A model generated the notes under the pieces. The model was not told the origin of the DNA and searched no databases. It saw nothing but the letters and a program-made list of their open reading frames with translations. This document shows, one piece after another, positions 1 to 8,828 of a DNA stretch of 27,291 bases. The number at the start of each line of letters is the position of its first letter. Within the stretch, counting starts at the first letter, position 1. The stretch is taken from contig CAXHAT010000100.1 of the NCBI GenBank assembly GCA_964014485.1, forward strand, positions 1 to 27,291. The letters run 5' to 3'. The translations under genes and the position numbers were made by a program. This DNA comes from an uncultured Deferribacteres bacterium. GTDB taxonomy: Bacteria; Zhuqueibacterota; Zhuqueibacteria; Zhuqueibacterales; Geothermadaptataceae.

Positions 1-1
1 G

Positions 2-739
2 TCAAAAGGCGATTATGCCGGGGCGCTGGAAAAATACAACGAAGCGCTCAAAATCGACGAAGAATACTTCGGCAGGAATCATCCCAACGTGGCGATTCGC
101 TTGAACAACATCGCGGGCGTGCTTCGGGAAAAAGGCGATTATGCCGGGGCGCTGGAAAAATACCGCGAGGCGCTGGCCATTTTTGAAAAGTTTCTTGGAG
201 CGGATCACCCCAACACGCAAACAGTCCGGGAAAATCTGCAATACACCTGGTGGCAGTCTCTGAGCGAAAAGGAGCAATGGGCGCTGCGCACACAGGTTTA
301 TCTCGAGCAATTGTCTGAGAGCGTCATGGACACGCTCAAACTGGCTTTGCTCAATCAAATCGGCGTGGGGTATATCAAGCAGGAAAAGGCGGATTCGGCG
401 CTCATTTACTTGCGGCAGGCGCTGCCGTTGGCGCGGGCGTTGGGGGATCGCGAGATGGAGGGCACGGCGCTCAACAATCTCGGTTCGGCGCATAAACTGG
501 CGCAAAACTGGCCTTTGGCCAAGCAGTTTCTCCGCCGGAGCGTGGCGCACAACCGGGCAACGCAGGGCGACAGCGCAGCAGTTTTGGCGTTTACCTATTT
601 TCATCTCGCCGGCATGCATCAAGCGCAAAGCTGGGCGGATTCGGCACGGTTTTATGCGCAAAAAAGTCTGACCCTGGCGCGCAAACATGCGCTGGAGGAT
701 TTGATCAAGCAAGCGGAGGCGTTGCTGCAAAAAAGGTAG
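2..739 (+). CDS. TPR-repeat protein, C-terminal part (5' end lies outside the window)
   Basis: Frame is open from base 2 (SKGDYAGALEKYNEALKIDEEYFGRNHPNVAIRLNNI...). Contains 42-aa kinesin-light-chain-like TPR units (HP..A..LNN) and further TPRs (EGTALNNLGSAH). Stop TAG at 737-739. Confidence 0.85.
   Translation, partial: SKGDYAGALEKYNEALKIDEEYFGRNHPNVAIRLNNIAGVLREKGDYAGALEKYREALAIFEKFLGADHPNTQTVRENLQYTWWQSLSEKEQWALRTQVYLEQLSESVMDTLKLALLNQIGVGYIKQEKADSALIYLRQALPLARALGDREMEGTALNNLGSAHKLAQNWPLAKQFLRRSVAHNRATQGDSAAVLAFTYFHLAGMHQAQSWADSARFYAQKSLTLARKHALEDLIKQAEALLQKR
4..163 (+). repeat. 34-bp exact direct repeat at 126-bp spacing inside the TPR gene
   Basis: AAAAGGCGATTATGCCGGGGCGCTGGAAAAATAC occurs at 4-37 and 130-163; 126 bp equals one 42-aa TPR unit. 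Confidence 0.9.
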
Positions 740-741
740 AC

Positions 742-780
742 TGGATTGTTGGAGTCGTGGATTATTGGAATGATGAAATT
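742..780. repeat. degenerate 8-bp tandem repeat (TGGANTNN x4, plus one decayed unit)
   Basis: TGGATTGT TGGAGTCG TGGATTAT TGGAATGA TGAAATT immediately after the TPR stop codon. Confidence 0.55.
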
Positions 781-876
781 TGGCTGCGCGTCATTTGGCT
801 CTGCCGTCATAGATTTTGTTTCTCAGGTCGCCAAGTGCTGCGGGGACGGCAGATCGTTGTCGGGAGTAAAAGTTTA

Positions 877-905
877 TTGCCCTGACGGCAGGAGAATTGT
901 ATATT
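877..905 (+). promoter_or_regulatory. putative sigma70 promoter of the first TA pair
   Basis: TTGCCC (877-882), 17-bp spacer, TATATT (900-905), ending 43 bp before the ATG at 949. Confidence 0.5.
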
Positions 906-948
906 CCGGTTCACAAAAAACAGGAATCCATTTTAAGCTGAGACCAAC

Positions 949-1212
949 ATGGCGACCGTTCATTTGGAAATCCCCCCGGAAACGTCTAAAAAGCTCGCGC
1001 CTTACGAACACAGACTTGAAGAACTTGTCCTTCTGGGCTTGCAACAGATACACATTCAAGAAGCCTTGTTGCTTTATTCTCGCGGTCTCATTTCTTTGAG
1101 CAAAGCGGCTGAGCAAACCAGCTTAACGCACGAAGAAATGGCTCGTCAAGCACGCGCGGCCGGGATCGAACCGCGTTGGTCGGAAGAAATGGCGCAAGAC
1201 GAATTAGCATGA
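949..1212 (+). CDS. UPF0175-family antitoxin-like protein
   Basis: 87 aa with ALLLYSRGLISLSKAAE..SLT..EM motif typical of UPF0175; ATGA overlap with the downstream PIN gene. Confidence 0.8.
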   Translation: MATVHLEIPPETSKKLAPYEHRLEELVLLGLQQIHIQEALLLYSRGLISLSKAAEQTSLTHEEMARQARAAGIEPRWSEEMAQDELA

Positions 1213-1724
1213 AAGTGGTCAGCAATTCGGGGCCGCTCATTGCGCTGGCAAAACTCGGCTGTCTTCACCTGCTCCGACCGCTTTACGGACAAATTTCCAT
1301 TCCTTCCGCCGTCTACACAGAAGCCGTTTCAGACGGCTTGGCGCGAGGCGCTTCAGACGCTTTGTCGCTTGAATTGGCGTTGCGAAAGCAAGATATAAAA
1401 TCTATCAACTTGGCTGACGCCAGCTTACCTCCCGTTTCAGCAAGCCTTGCCTTACATCGCGGGGAAAAACACGCCATTCAACTCGCCATGAATAAAAAAG
1501 CTGATTTGATATTATTGGATGATCTAAAGGCGCGCGACGAAGCTAAAAAATTGGGATTGAGCGTCAAAGGAACGCTTGGCGTTTTTGTGGATTCGTTGCG
1601 CGGAGATTTGTTGAGTCTTAACGAACTTGACCTTATTTTCAAAACCTTGCTCAAACGCGACGATATTTGGATCGCCGCAGGATTGGTTCATCGTGTTTGG
1701 GAGCTTCTCGAGTCTGAGAGTTGA
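1209..1724 (+). CDS. DUF3368-type PIN-domain toxin (VapC-like)
   Basis: Start ATG 1209 overlaps the antitoxin stop. Motifs VVSNSGPLI, IPSAVYTE, LHRGEKHAI, ILLDDLKAR and KGTLGV match the DUF3368 PIN family. Confidence 0.85.
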   Translation: MKVVSNSGPLIALAKLGCLHLLRPLYGQISIPSAVYTEAVSDGLARGASDALSLELALRKQDIKSINLADASLPPVSASLALHRGEKHAIQLAMNKKADLILLDDLKARDEAKKLGLSVKGTLGVFVDSLRGDLLSLNELDLIFKTLLKRDDIWIAAGLVHRVWELLESES

Positions 1725-1746
1725 TAAATTTAAAAGGGACTTTTCT

Positions 1747-2697
1747 GTGCTCAATTTACGACAGATTATTTTTCTCATGATTGCAGCTACGCCGTTTTCA
1801 TTGTTGGCGCAGTGGCGGGCGACGGGGGCACCGGTTCGCGTTGCGGGCGGGGAGACGCATTTTGTCCGTCCCGTCTGGTCGCCCGACGGTCAGCGCATTG
1901 CTTTTACTTCGGAAAATTATCGCGGGCTTTGGGTGATGGAAGTTTCATCGTCGGAAGTCACGCAGGTGACCGAAGAACCCGCGGCCGGATTTGGCTTTGC
2001 CTGGTCGGGCGACGGAAAAGCGATTGCCGCACGCGTGGCAAAATTCGAAAATTGGCGGCGCTACAACGCCGTGCAGATTTTCGAAGTTGAGAGCGGCGAA
2101 TCGTGGCAGGTCACGGATTTTCGTTCGCGCATGCCCGGTCTGCCGCAATGGACGAGTGACAATCGGCAAATTTATTTATTCACCGGTAGAAGAACCGAGT
2201 CGTTCGACTCGCGCCTGCCCAGCGCAATCGTTTCAGCCGGGGATGAACGCGCCGGACGCGCTTCGCTGCAGTACGGCAAAATCGCGGTGCAACAAAACGT
2301 TGGCGAACAATGGCGCGTACTCGATCCATTGCAGGGAAAACGCTGCATCAATCTTGCGCTCTCGCCGGACGGCCAAAAAGCGGCGTTCGAGGTGGTCGGC
2401 GGCAATATGTTTGTGGTGAATCTCGACGGTTCCGGCCTGACCGATCTCGGCCCCGGCAACCGCCCCGCATGGTCGCCGGACGGGCAATATCTCACGTTCA
2501 TGATTGCCGAAGACGACGGCCACGAATTCACCGGCTCGGACATTTTCACCATTAAAATCGACGGCTCTGAGAAGGTCAACATCACCAATTCCCGCGACCG
2601 TCTGGAAATGAATCCATCCTGGTCACCGGACGGCGGGCGAATTGTGTTTGATGATTTTAGAACCGGAGAAATTCTCCTCCTTCGCGTCCAAAAGTAG
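1747..2697 (+). CDS. secreted TolB-like beta-propeller (PD40 repeats)
   Basis: Probable GTG start at 1747 after AAAGGGA; signal-peptide-like N-terminus (..SLLA/QW). Repeated PxWSPDG motifs (PVWSPDGQRIAF, PAWSPDGQYL, PSWSPDGGRIVF). Start position uncertain. Confidence 0.8.
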   Translation: MLNLRQIIFLMIAATPFSLLAQWRATGAPVRVAGGETHFVRPVWSPDGQRIAFTSENYRGLWVMEVSSSEVTQVTEEPAAGFGFAWSGDGKAIAARVAKFENWRRYNAVQIFEVESGESWQVTDFRSRMPGLPQWTSDNRQIYLFTGRRTESFDSRLPSAIVSAGDERAGRASLQYGKIAVQQNVGEQWRVLDPLQGKRCINLALSPDGQKAAFEVVGGNMFVVNLDGSGLTDLGPGNRPAWSPDGQYLTFMIAEDDGHEFTGSDIFTIKIDGSEKVNITNSRDRLEMNPSWSPDGGRIVFDDFRTGEILLLRVQK

Positions 2698-2835
2698 TAC
2701 ATTTTTTGTCATTCAGGAGGAATCTATTTTGCCTGACCCTTAAATTTTGGGCGTATTTTGTACTGGGCGATAACAAAGATTCTTTTAGAATGACATTTGG
2801 AAGACTCTGAAAAATCAATTAAAGAAATATTCCAA

Positions 2836-5346
2836 ATGCGTTCAAAAACGACTTTTCTGCCTATCATCTCTCTCGTTTTTTCAAGTACTCTTTTTGCGCA
2901 AGTCACCGGCCTTGTCGGCTGGGACATTTACGTCGATCCTGGTCATAGCCGCAAGGAAAACGTCGGCATTTACGGCTACACCGAAGCGGAAAAAGTGCTG
3001 CGCGTGGGGCTGCACTTGCGCGATTTACTGCTGACCAAAACCGACATCGACACGGTCTACAATTCGCGCTTTAACGACAACGTTTCCGTTGGACTCAGCC
3101 AGCGCACGGACGAAGCGAATTCGCTGGGCGCCGCATGGTTTCATTCCATCCACAGCGACGCCGGTTCGCCGACCGCCAACAGTACACTCATGCTCTGGGG
3201 ACAGTTGCGCAACGGGCAGGAAAAAACGCCGCCGGGCGGTCAAAGAATGAGCGACTTCATGATCGATATTCTCACGCGCGGCATGAGGATTGGCACGCGC
3301 GGCTCGTTTGGCGATTGCAGTTTTTACGGCTGTTCTTCCACCGGCCCTTATCTCAGCGTCAACCGGCGCAGCGCCATGCCGTCGGAGTTGAGCGAGGCGG
3401 GATTTCACACCAGCCCGGTGCAGAATCCGCGCAATATGAACGCGGAATGGAAACGTCTTGAAGCCTACACGCTTTTCTGGTCGATTCTGGGGTTTCACGG
3501 CCTTGAAAGACCTCCGGTCGGCATTGCGGCGGGCTATATTTTTGACGAGGAGAAGGAAATTCCGCTCAACGGCGCGACCATCCAAATCAGCGGGCAGGAG
3601 TACACGACGGACACGTTTGAATCGCTTTTTCATTTGTACAGCAACGATCCCGAGCAATTGCAAAACGGCTTTTACTTTATTGAAGATTTGCCGAATGAAA
3701 CGCTGGAAATGATCGTGAGCGCGGAAGATTTTTACAGTGACACGGTGCAGGTCGCGATGATCGACTCATTCTTTACCTTCACCGACGTATCGCTGGTTTC
3801 AAGCAAGCCGCCGGTCGTTGTTTCAACCTCGCCGAGCGTTGACGAGACCAACGTCGAAATTGAAGAATCAATCATCATCAATTTCAGCCGGCGCATGGAT
3901 CGCAATTCGCTCGATTCGACGGTGCTGACAATCTCACCTGCCGTCGGCTGGAACGCACTGTGGAGCGACAAGGATCGGCGCGTGCGCATCGTGCCGGACG
4001 ATCTTGCGTACGAAACGACCTACACCATCACCGTTTCCGGCGCGCTGAAAGATTTGTTCGATCATCCCTTCGACGGCAACGGCGACGGCGTTGGCGGAGA
4101 CGATTTTTCATTCAGTTTTACCACGGAAATGCAGGACGTCTCGCCGCCGCAGCTTTTGACCGTCTACCCTCCCCTTGATGCGCAAGACGTCGAAAACCCG
4201 CCGATTTTAAGTTTTGCTTTTGATGAAAGGCTCGCCTCAAGCTCGATCAAATCCGGTACAGTCATTTTGGAGCGTGCAGAAGACGGAGCAACAATAGGCG
4301 GCGCTTTGCAGCACAACGTCGTCAACAACAGGAGCGTGCTCAGCTTTTTCCCGCGCGAGACGCTTGACCTCGGCGCGGTCTACAATTCGCGCGTGGTTCC
4401 AGGCTTGACGGATCAGGACGGTAACGCGATTGAAGACGAGAAGAATTTCACCTTCAGCACCACGGCTCAGGACGAAACGATCACCATCATCGACGCTTTT
4501 GAAACCGGTTTTTTAGACAATTGGTGGGTTCCGCAGCAAAGCGGCACGACGAGAGGGATTGTCAGCGAGCAAACGTCGATCTCGCAGAATTTCAGCACGC
4601 GCAATCGCCTTGGCGGCAGTACGCGGTCCTTTAAAATGAATTACGGCTGGGATGAAAACGCCGGATCGTGGCTGATTCGGGAATTTCTCAGCGGCGGCGC
4701 CCCGCGCGAAGTTTGGTTCGAAGACCAGTATAAATTGCAATTGTACGTTTTCGGCGACGGCGGCGGCAATCGCATTCGTTTCGCCGTGGACGACAATGTC
4801 CCGGCCGTTTCCGTGGGTAATCACGAAGTTAGTCCCTGGGTCACAATTGACTGGATCGGCTGGCGTTTGGTTTCGTGGGATATGGCGAATGACGGTACGG
4901 GAAACTGGCTCGGCGACGGCAGCCTGGACGGCGCGCTGCGCATCGACAGTATTCAATTGACGCATGTTCCTGGCGCGGCCACGAGCGGCGAGTATTTTTT
5001 TGAAGATTTGCGTTTAGTGAAAGCCATCATCGTGGACGTCGAAGAACAGCCTGGCGGCGTTCCGACGGAATTCGCCTTGTTTCAAAACTATCCCAACCCG
5101 TTTAATCCGGCAACGGCCATTCGGTATCAGATTGCAGGAAAGCCGCAGCATGTACGGTTGGTGATTTATGACGCGCTGGGCAGAAAAATTCGCACTTTGG
5201 TCGATGAAATCAAGCCCGCCGGGCAGCACGCGATTACGTGGGACGGTGCGAACAACGAGGGCGAAAGAGTCGCGAGCGGCGCTTATATTTATCAGATGAA
5301 TGCGGGCGGTTTTGTGACTTCGAAGAAGATGGTTTTGACCAAATAG
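2836..5346 (+). CDS. secreted N-acetylmuramoyl-L-alanine amidase (Amidase_3) with two Ig-like (Big_5/SbsA-type) domains, a carbohydrate-binding-like module and a C-terminal secretion/sorting domain
   Basis: Signal peptide (MRSKTT...LFA/Q). Zn/catalytic motifs DPGH, TEAE, SIHSD and LSEAG are all present. Two PP.VV/LL..P...I.F..Ig-like units follow. C-terminus FALFQNYPNPFNP...SGAYIY...KKMVLTK. Confidence 0.85.
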   Translation: MRSKTTFLPIISLVFSSTLFAQVTGLVGWDIYVDPGHSRKENVGIYGYTEAEKVLRVGLHLRDLLLTKTDIDTVYNSRFNDNVSVGLSQRTDEANSLGAAWFHSIHSDAGSPTANSTLMLWGQLRNGQEKTPPGGQRMSDFMIDILTRGMRIGTRGSFGDCSFYGCSSTGPYLSVNRRSAMPSELSEAGFHTSPVQNPRNMNAEWKRLEAYTLFWSILGFHGLERPPVGIAAGYIFDEEKEIPLNGATIQISGQEYTTDTFESLFHLYSNDPEQLQNGFYFIEDLPNETLEMIVSAEDFYSDTVQVAMIDSFFTFTDVSLVSSKPPVVVSTSPSVDETNVEIEESIIINFSRRMDRNSLDSTVLTISPAVGWNALWSDKDRRVRIVPDDLAYETTYTITVSGALKDLFDHPFDGNGDGVGGDDFSFSFTTEMQDVSPPQLLTVYPPLDAQDVENPPILSFAFDERLASSSIKSGTVILERAEDGATIGGALQHNVVNNRSVLSFFPRETLDLGAVYNSRVVPGLTDQDGNAIEDEKNFTFSTTAQDETITIIDAFETGFLDNWWVPQQSGTTRGIVSEQTSISQNFSTRNRLGGSTRSFKMNYGWDENAGSWLIREFLSGGAPREVWFEDQYKLQLYVFGDGGGNRIRFAVDDNVPAVSVGNHEVSPWVTIDWIGWRLVSWDMANDGTGNWLGDGSLDGALRIDSIQLTHVPGAATSGEYFFEDLRLVKAIIVDVEEQPGGVPTEFALFQNYPNPFNPATAIRYQIAGKPQHVRLVIYDALGRKIRTLVDEIKPAGQHAITWDGANNEGERVASGAYIYQMNAGGFVTSKKMVLTK

Positions 5347-5379
5347 CCATGCAGATTGAAACCGCGCTTATAAAAGATC

Positions 5380-5417
5380 GAACTTGGTTTTGTCAGGGTT
5401 CGCCTCGAACCAAGTTC
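5380..5417. terminator. 10-bp inverted repeat downstream of the amidase (terminator-like or REP-like hairpin)
   Basis: GAACTTGGTT (5380-5389) / AACCAAGTTC (5408-5417); no clean U-tract. Confidence 0.4.
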
Positions 5418-5520
5418 AATGCTTAACAAAAAAAACGGCTCAGACGCCGTATCTTTTGGAATTCGCCGGGTTAGTGTTCTCGAAGCCGTACAGGGGGCGC
5501 AGATAATTGAATAAACTCGC

Positions 5521-5559
5521 TTGGCAAACCGGGAACGGCATGTTATATTTGAATATAAT
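5521..5559 (+). promoter_or_regulatory. putative sigma70 promoter of the second TA pair
   Basis: TTGGCA (5521-5526), 17-bp spacer ending in TGn, TATATT (5544-5549); a second TATAAT at 5554-5559. Confidence 0.55.
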
Positions 5560-5600
5560 CATTTCGATAAATTCCGCCGATAATTTGTGGAGAATACACA

Positions 5601-5843
5601 ATGAACGCTTCCGTGACGAGACTACAACAAATTGCGCTAACGCTGCCAAGTGAACATTTACAAGAAGTAATCGATTTCGCCGAATTCCTTTCACTCAAAA
5701 CACGCGAGGAACTTGCGCGAAGTGCACAGAATTCGACACGCGCAAACACTGCAGGACTGGAAATCCCCGTAATAAAGGGCGTCAAATTCGTTGGTGATCC
5801 GCTTTTGCGACGGGAAGACCTGTACGACGACCGGGGACGTTAG
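5601..5843 (+). CDS. DUF2281-type antitoxin-like protein
   Basis: LP.E..QEVIDFAEFL motif and C-terminal RREDLYDDR; GGAG upstream; stop codon abuts the PIN gene ATG. Confidence 0.75.
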   Translation: MNASVTRLQQIALTLPSEHLQEVIDFAEFLSLKTREELARSAQNSTRANTAGLEIPVIKGVKFVGDPLLRREDLYDDRGR

Positions 5844-6278
5844 ATGGCTGAGAACAACATCTTCGTTGATACCAACGTCTGGGTCGCGCGCATACTTAAA
5901 AATCACACCTTCCACAAACGCGCGAAAGACGCCCTTGATGAGCATACGAAAAATAAGGAGTATCTTTATATCTCCAGCCAGATCATTCGTGAGATTATTT
6001 CGGTCTGTACTTTGGGCAAAGGGCTATCCAGACCGCTTACTTGGGATGAGCTATACCAGGAATTGGCGGCAGTTTTGAAACAGGTTGTACTGCTTCCCGA
6101 AAATAGTAAAACTGTTGCCCGACTGGTCGATCTTGGGAAACAATACCGGGTTCGCGGCAAGCAAATTCACGACGCTAACATTGCCGCGACAATGTTGGCG
6201 AATAGTATATCACGAATTCTCACGTTCAATCCAGATGATTTCAAGCGATTCGATGAAATTGAGGTCATTATCCCATAA
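5844..6278 (+). CDS. PIN-domain (VapC-family) ribonuclease toxin
   Basis: Conserved acidic PIN motifs IFVDTNV, QIIRE, IHDANIAA and TFNPDDF; 144 aa. Confidence 0.85.
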   Translation: MAENNIFVDTNVWVARILKNHTFHKRAKDALDEHTKNKEYLYISSQIIREIISVCTLGKGLSRPLTWDELYQELAAVLKQVVLLPENSKTVARLVDLGKQYRVRGKQIHDANIAATMLANSISRILTFNPDDFKRFDEIEVIIP

Positions 6279-6466
6279 CAAATTCCCGCCAATTTTGACT
6301 TGCCGAGCCCATAAAATCCCCTATACGGCGATTGTCCTTTCATTCTTTTCGTTTAACTTTATTATGCTCAAACTGGCTGCAAAAGCAAGATACGAGATTT
6401 CAAGGGCTGACATGATTCATGTAAAACAATTTTTTGTGTTCAATAACTAACAAACATAGGCAAAAA

Positions 6467-7903
6467 GTGACGGCTGATATAGAAAAAAAACTCTCGAAAC
6501 AATTTGCGGACTGGCTCGGAAGCGCACCCGAAAATATTGTGAAGATGCAGGCGCATGGATCGGATCGGAAATATTTCAGACTGACCGCAAAGAACGAAAC
6601 GGCCATCGGCGTTTATAACCACGACAAAAAAGAAAACATTGCTTTTCTCGATTTTTCGGAGCGTTTTGGCCGCCTCGATTTGCCGGTACCGGAAATTTAT
6701 GCGCAGGATTTGGAAAGCGGCGTTTATCTCGAAGAAGACCTCGGCGATGAGACGCTTTTCAGTTTTCTTTCGCGCGAGCGGGAAAAGGGAGGATTTTCGC
6801 CGCGTCTCATCAAGATTTACCGGAAAGTGCTGGAGCAACTCCCACGCTTCCAAATTCTCGCCGGAAAGGAAATCGATTATAGTTTGTGCTACCCGCGCGG
6901 CAGCTTTGACCAACAATCGATGATGTGGGACTTAAACTATTTCAAATACTATTTTCTCAAGCTCGCCAAAATCCCTTTCGATGAACAATCGCTGGAGGAC
7001 GATTTTCACAAATTTGTCGATTTTCTGCTGCAAGCGGAGACTGATTTTTTTCTGTATCGCGATTTTCAATCCAGGAACGTAATGCTCAAAGACGGCGAAC
7101 CGTATTTTATCGACTACCAGGGCGGGCGAAAGGGCGCGCTGCAATACGACGTCGCTTCGATGCTCTATGACGCCAAGGCCAATATTCCGCAAGCTGTGCG
7201 AAATGAACTGCTTGAGCATTACATCCAGGCGGTTGAAAAATACAAGCCGGTCGACCGCGACTCGTTTATGCAGCACTACTACGGCTATGTTTTTATTCGA
7301 ATTATGCAAGCATTGGGCGCGTACGGATTTCGCGGGTTTTACGAGCGCAAAACGCATTTTCTGCGCAGCGTGCCGTACGCGATTCAAAATCTGGAATGGC
7401 TGCTGCGAACGGCTGATTTGCCGATTGAACTGCCCGCTTTGTCGGACGCCTGGCGGCGGTTGGTTGGCTCGACTTACTTGAGGCAGTTCGGCGACCCGGA
7501 TTTGAGCCTGACCGTTCGCATTCAAAGTTTTTCGTTCAAACGCGGCATCCCGGTGGACGAAAAAGGGCACGGCGGCGGGCATGTTTTTGATTGCCGCCTG
7601 TTGCCAAATCCGGGACGTTTGCCTGAGTTCAAGGAACTGACTGGGAATGACGAAGAAACGATCCGCTTTCTTGAAGAGAAAGATGAACCCAAAAAATTTC
7701 TGGATCACGTTCGCGGCATCGTTGAAATGGCGGTCAAAGATTATCGTTCGCGGAACTTCACTGATCTTATGATTTCTTTTGGCTGCACCGGCGGCCAGCA
7801 CCGCTCCGTCTATTGCGCGAACAAGCTCAGCAAATATTTGAAATCCTTCGAAAATGTCGTCGTTGAGCTGCGGCATCGCGAAATGGAAATGTGGAAACGC
7901 TAA
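6467..7903 (+). CDS. AmgK-like amino-sugar phosphotransferase (APH fold) fused to a RapZ C-terminal domain
   Basis: N-part: GSDRKYFR, LEEDLGD, YRDFQSRNVM, FIDYQG, YDVASML. C-part: IQSFSFKRGIP, VFDCRLLPNP, ISFGCTGGQHRSVY. GTG start at 6467 is probable but uncertain. Confidence 0.85.
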   Translation: MTADIEKKLSKQFADWLGSAPENIVKMQAHGSDRKYFRLTAKNETAIGVYNHDKKENIAFLDFSERFGRLDLPVPEIYAQDLESGVYLEEDLGDETLFSFLSREREKGGFSPRLIKIYRKVLEQLPRFQILAGKEIDYSLCYPRGSFDQQSMMWDLNYFKYYFLKLAKIPFDEQSLEDDFHKFVDFLLQAETDFFLYRDFQSRNVMLKDGEPYFIDYQGGRKGALQYDVASMLYDAKANIPQAVRNELLEHYIQAVEKYKPVDRDSFMQHYYGYVFIRIMQALGAYGFRGFYERKTHFLRSVPYAIQNLEWLLRTADLPIELPALSDAWRRLVGSTYLRQFGDPDLSLTVRIQSFSFKRGIPVDEKGHGGGHVFDCRLLPNPGRLPEFKELTGNDEETIRFLEEKDEPKKFLDHVRGIVEMAVKDYRSRNFTDLMISFGCTGGQHRSVYCANKLSKYLKSFENVVVELRHREMEMWKR

Positions 7904-8625
7904 TGAAAGCGATGATTCTCGCCGCCGGTTTGGGTACGCGCCTGCGCCCGCTGACAAATGACAAGCCCAAAGCTTTGGTCGAAGTTTGCGGCAAGCCGCT
8001 TATCGAGCATGTGATTCTAAAATTGAAGCTTTCCGGGGTTAAGCATGTTGTGATCAATTTGCACCACTTTGGCGATCAAATCAAAAATTTTGTTGAGACA
8101 AAAAACAACTTTGGCCTGAAAATCGATTTTTCTGATGAAAGTGAAGCGTTGCTGAGCACTGGCGGCGGGATCAAAAAGGCGGCGAATTTCCTTAAAGGCG
8201 ACGAGCCGTTTTTTGTTTACAACACCGATGTTTTGAGCGACATTGATCTGGGCGAAATGTGTCGTGGTCATTTGACAACGAACGCTTTGGTCACTCTGGC
8301 CGTCCGTCAACGCAAGACGTCGCGATATTTTTTGTTTGACGCTGAAGGCAGGCTCATCGGATGGGAGTCGGTTAGACAGAAAAAACGCATTATCGTTGGC
8401 GAACTCTTCGCCGCTCCGGAGCGGCTGTCTTTTATGGGCGTCCACTTGATTTCTCCGAGAATTTTTGATTTATTAACTGAGGATGGCGCTTTTTCAATAG
8501 TGGACGCTTATTTGAGATTGGCTAAAGAGGGCGGCTTCATTCAGGGTTTCAGAGCTGATCGATTTAAGTGGCTGGATTTGGGGCGAATGGAAAACTTGGA
8601 ACAGGCGGAAAAACTTTTTGGATAA
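7903..8625 (+). CDS. murU: nucleotidyltransferase, MurU-like (MurNAc-alpha-1-phosphate uridylyltransferase)
   Basis: MKAMILAAGLGTRLRPLT..KPKALV, LL.TGGGIKKA and WLDLG motifs; TAATG coupling to the AmgK-like gene. The murU symbol rests on this context. Confidence 0.75.
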   Translation: MKAMILAAGLGTRLRPLTNDKPKALVEVCGKPLIEHVILKLKLSGVKHVVINLHHFGDQIKNFVETKNNFGLKIDFSDESEALLSTGGGIKKAANFLKGDEPFFVYNTDVLSDIDLGEMCRGHLTTNALVTLAVRQRKTSRYFLFDAEGRLIGWESVRQKKRIIVGELFAAPERLSFMGVHLISPRIFDLLTEDGAFSIVDAYLRLAKEGGFIQGFRADRFKWLDLGRMENLEQAEKLFG

Positions 8626-8665
8626 ATTCAGATTTCCTCTTCGGCCCCATTGAATCGAGGAATAA

Positions 8666-8793
8666 AGGAGTGCAAAGCTTGCTTTGCCTCTTCATCAGAT
8701 CAACCGAAAGAAAGCCAAGGATTTGAGTAAAAAGCTAAAACGCATGGTCGAGAAAAGCCTGCCGCTGAAAAGCAAGGCAAGCCTTGCACTCCT
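8666..8793. repeat. REPIN-like doublet: two inverted GGAG-tagged palindromes about 84 bp apart
   Basis: Left copy GGAG-T-GCAAAGC-TT-GCTTTGC (8667-8687). Right copy on the - strand GGAG-T-GCAAGGC-TT-GCCTTGC (8772-8792). 19/21 identical, and the two differences are compensatory within the hairpin. Confidence 0.7.
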
Positions 8794-8828
8794 CATTCGA
8801 GAAAACGAAATCCAGAGCACGAATTAAA

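Noticed and set aside
2..1116. ORFs 2..730(-), 746..1099(+) and 874..1116(-)
   Set aside because: Shadow or antisense frames overlapping better supported TPR and antitoxin genes; no recognisable motifs.
6932..7957. 341-aa minus-strand ORF and similar long antisense ORFs elsewhere
   Set aside because: Entirely antisense to well-conserved genes; expected from codon bias.
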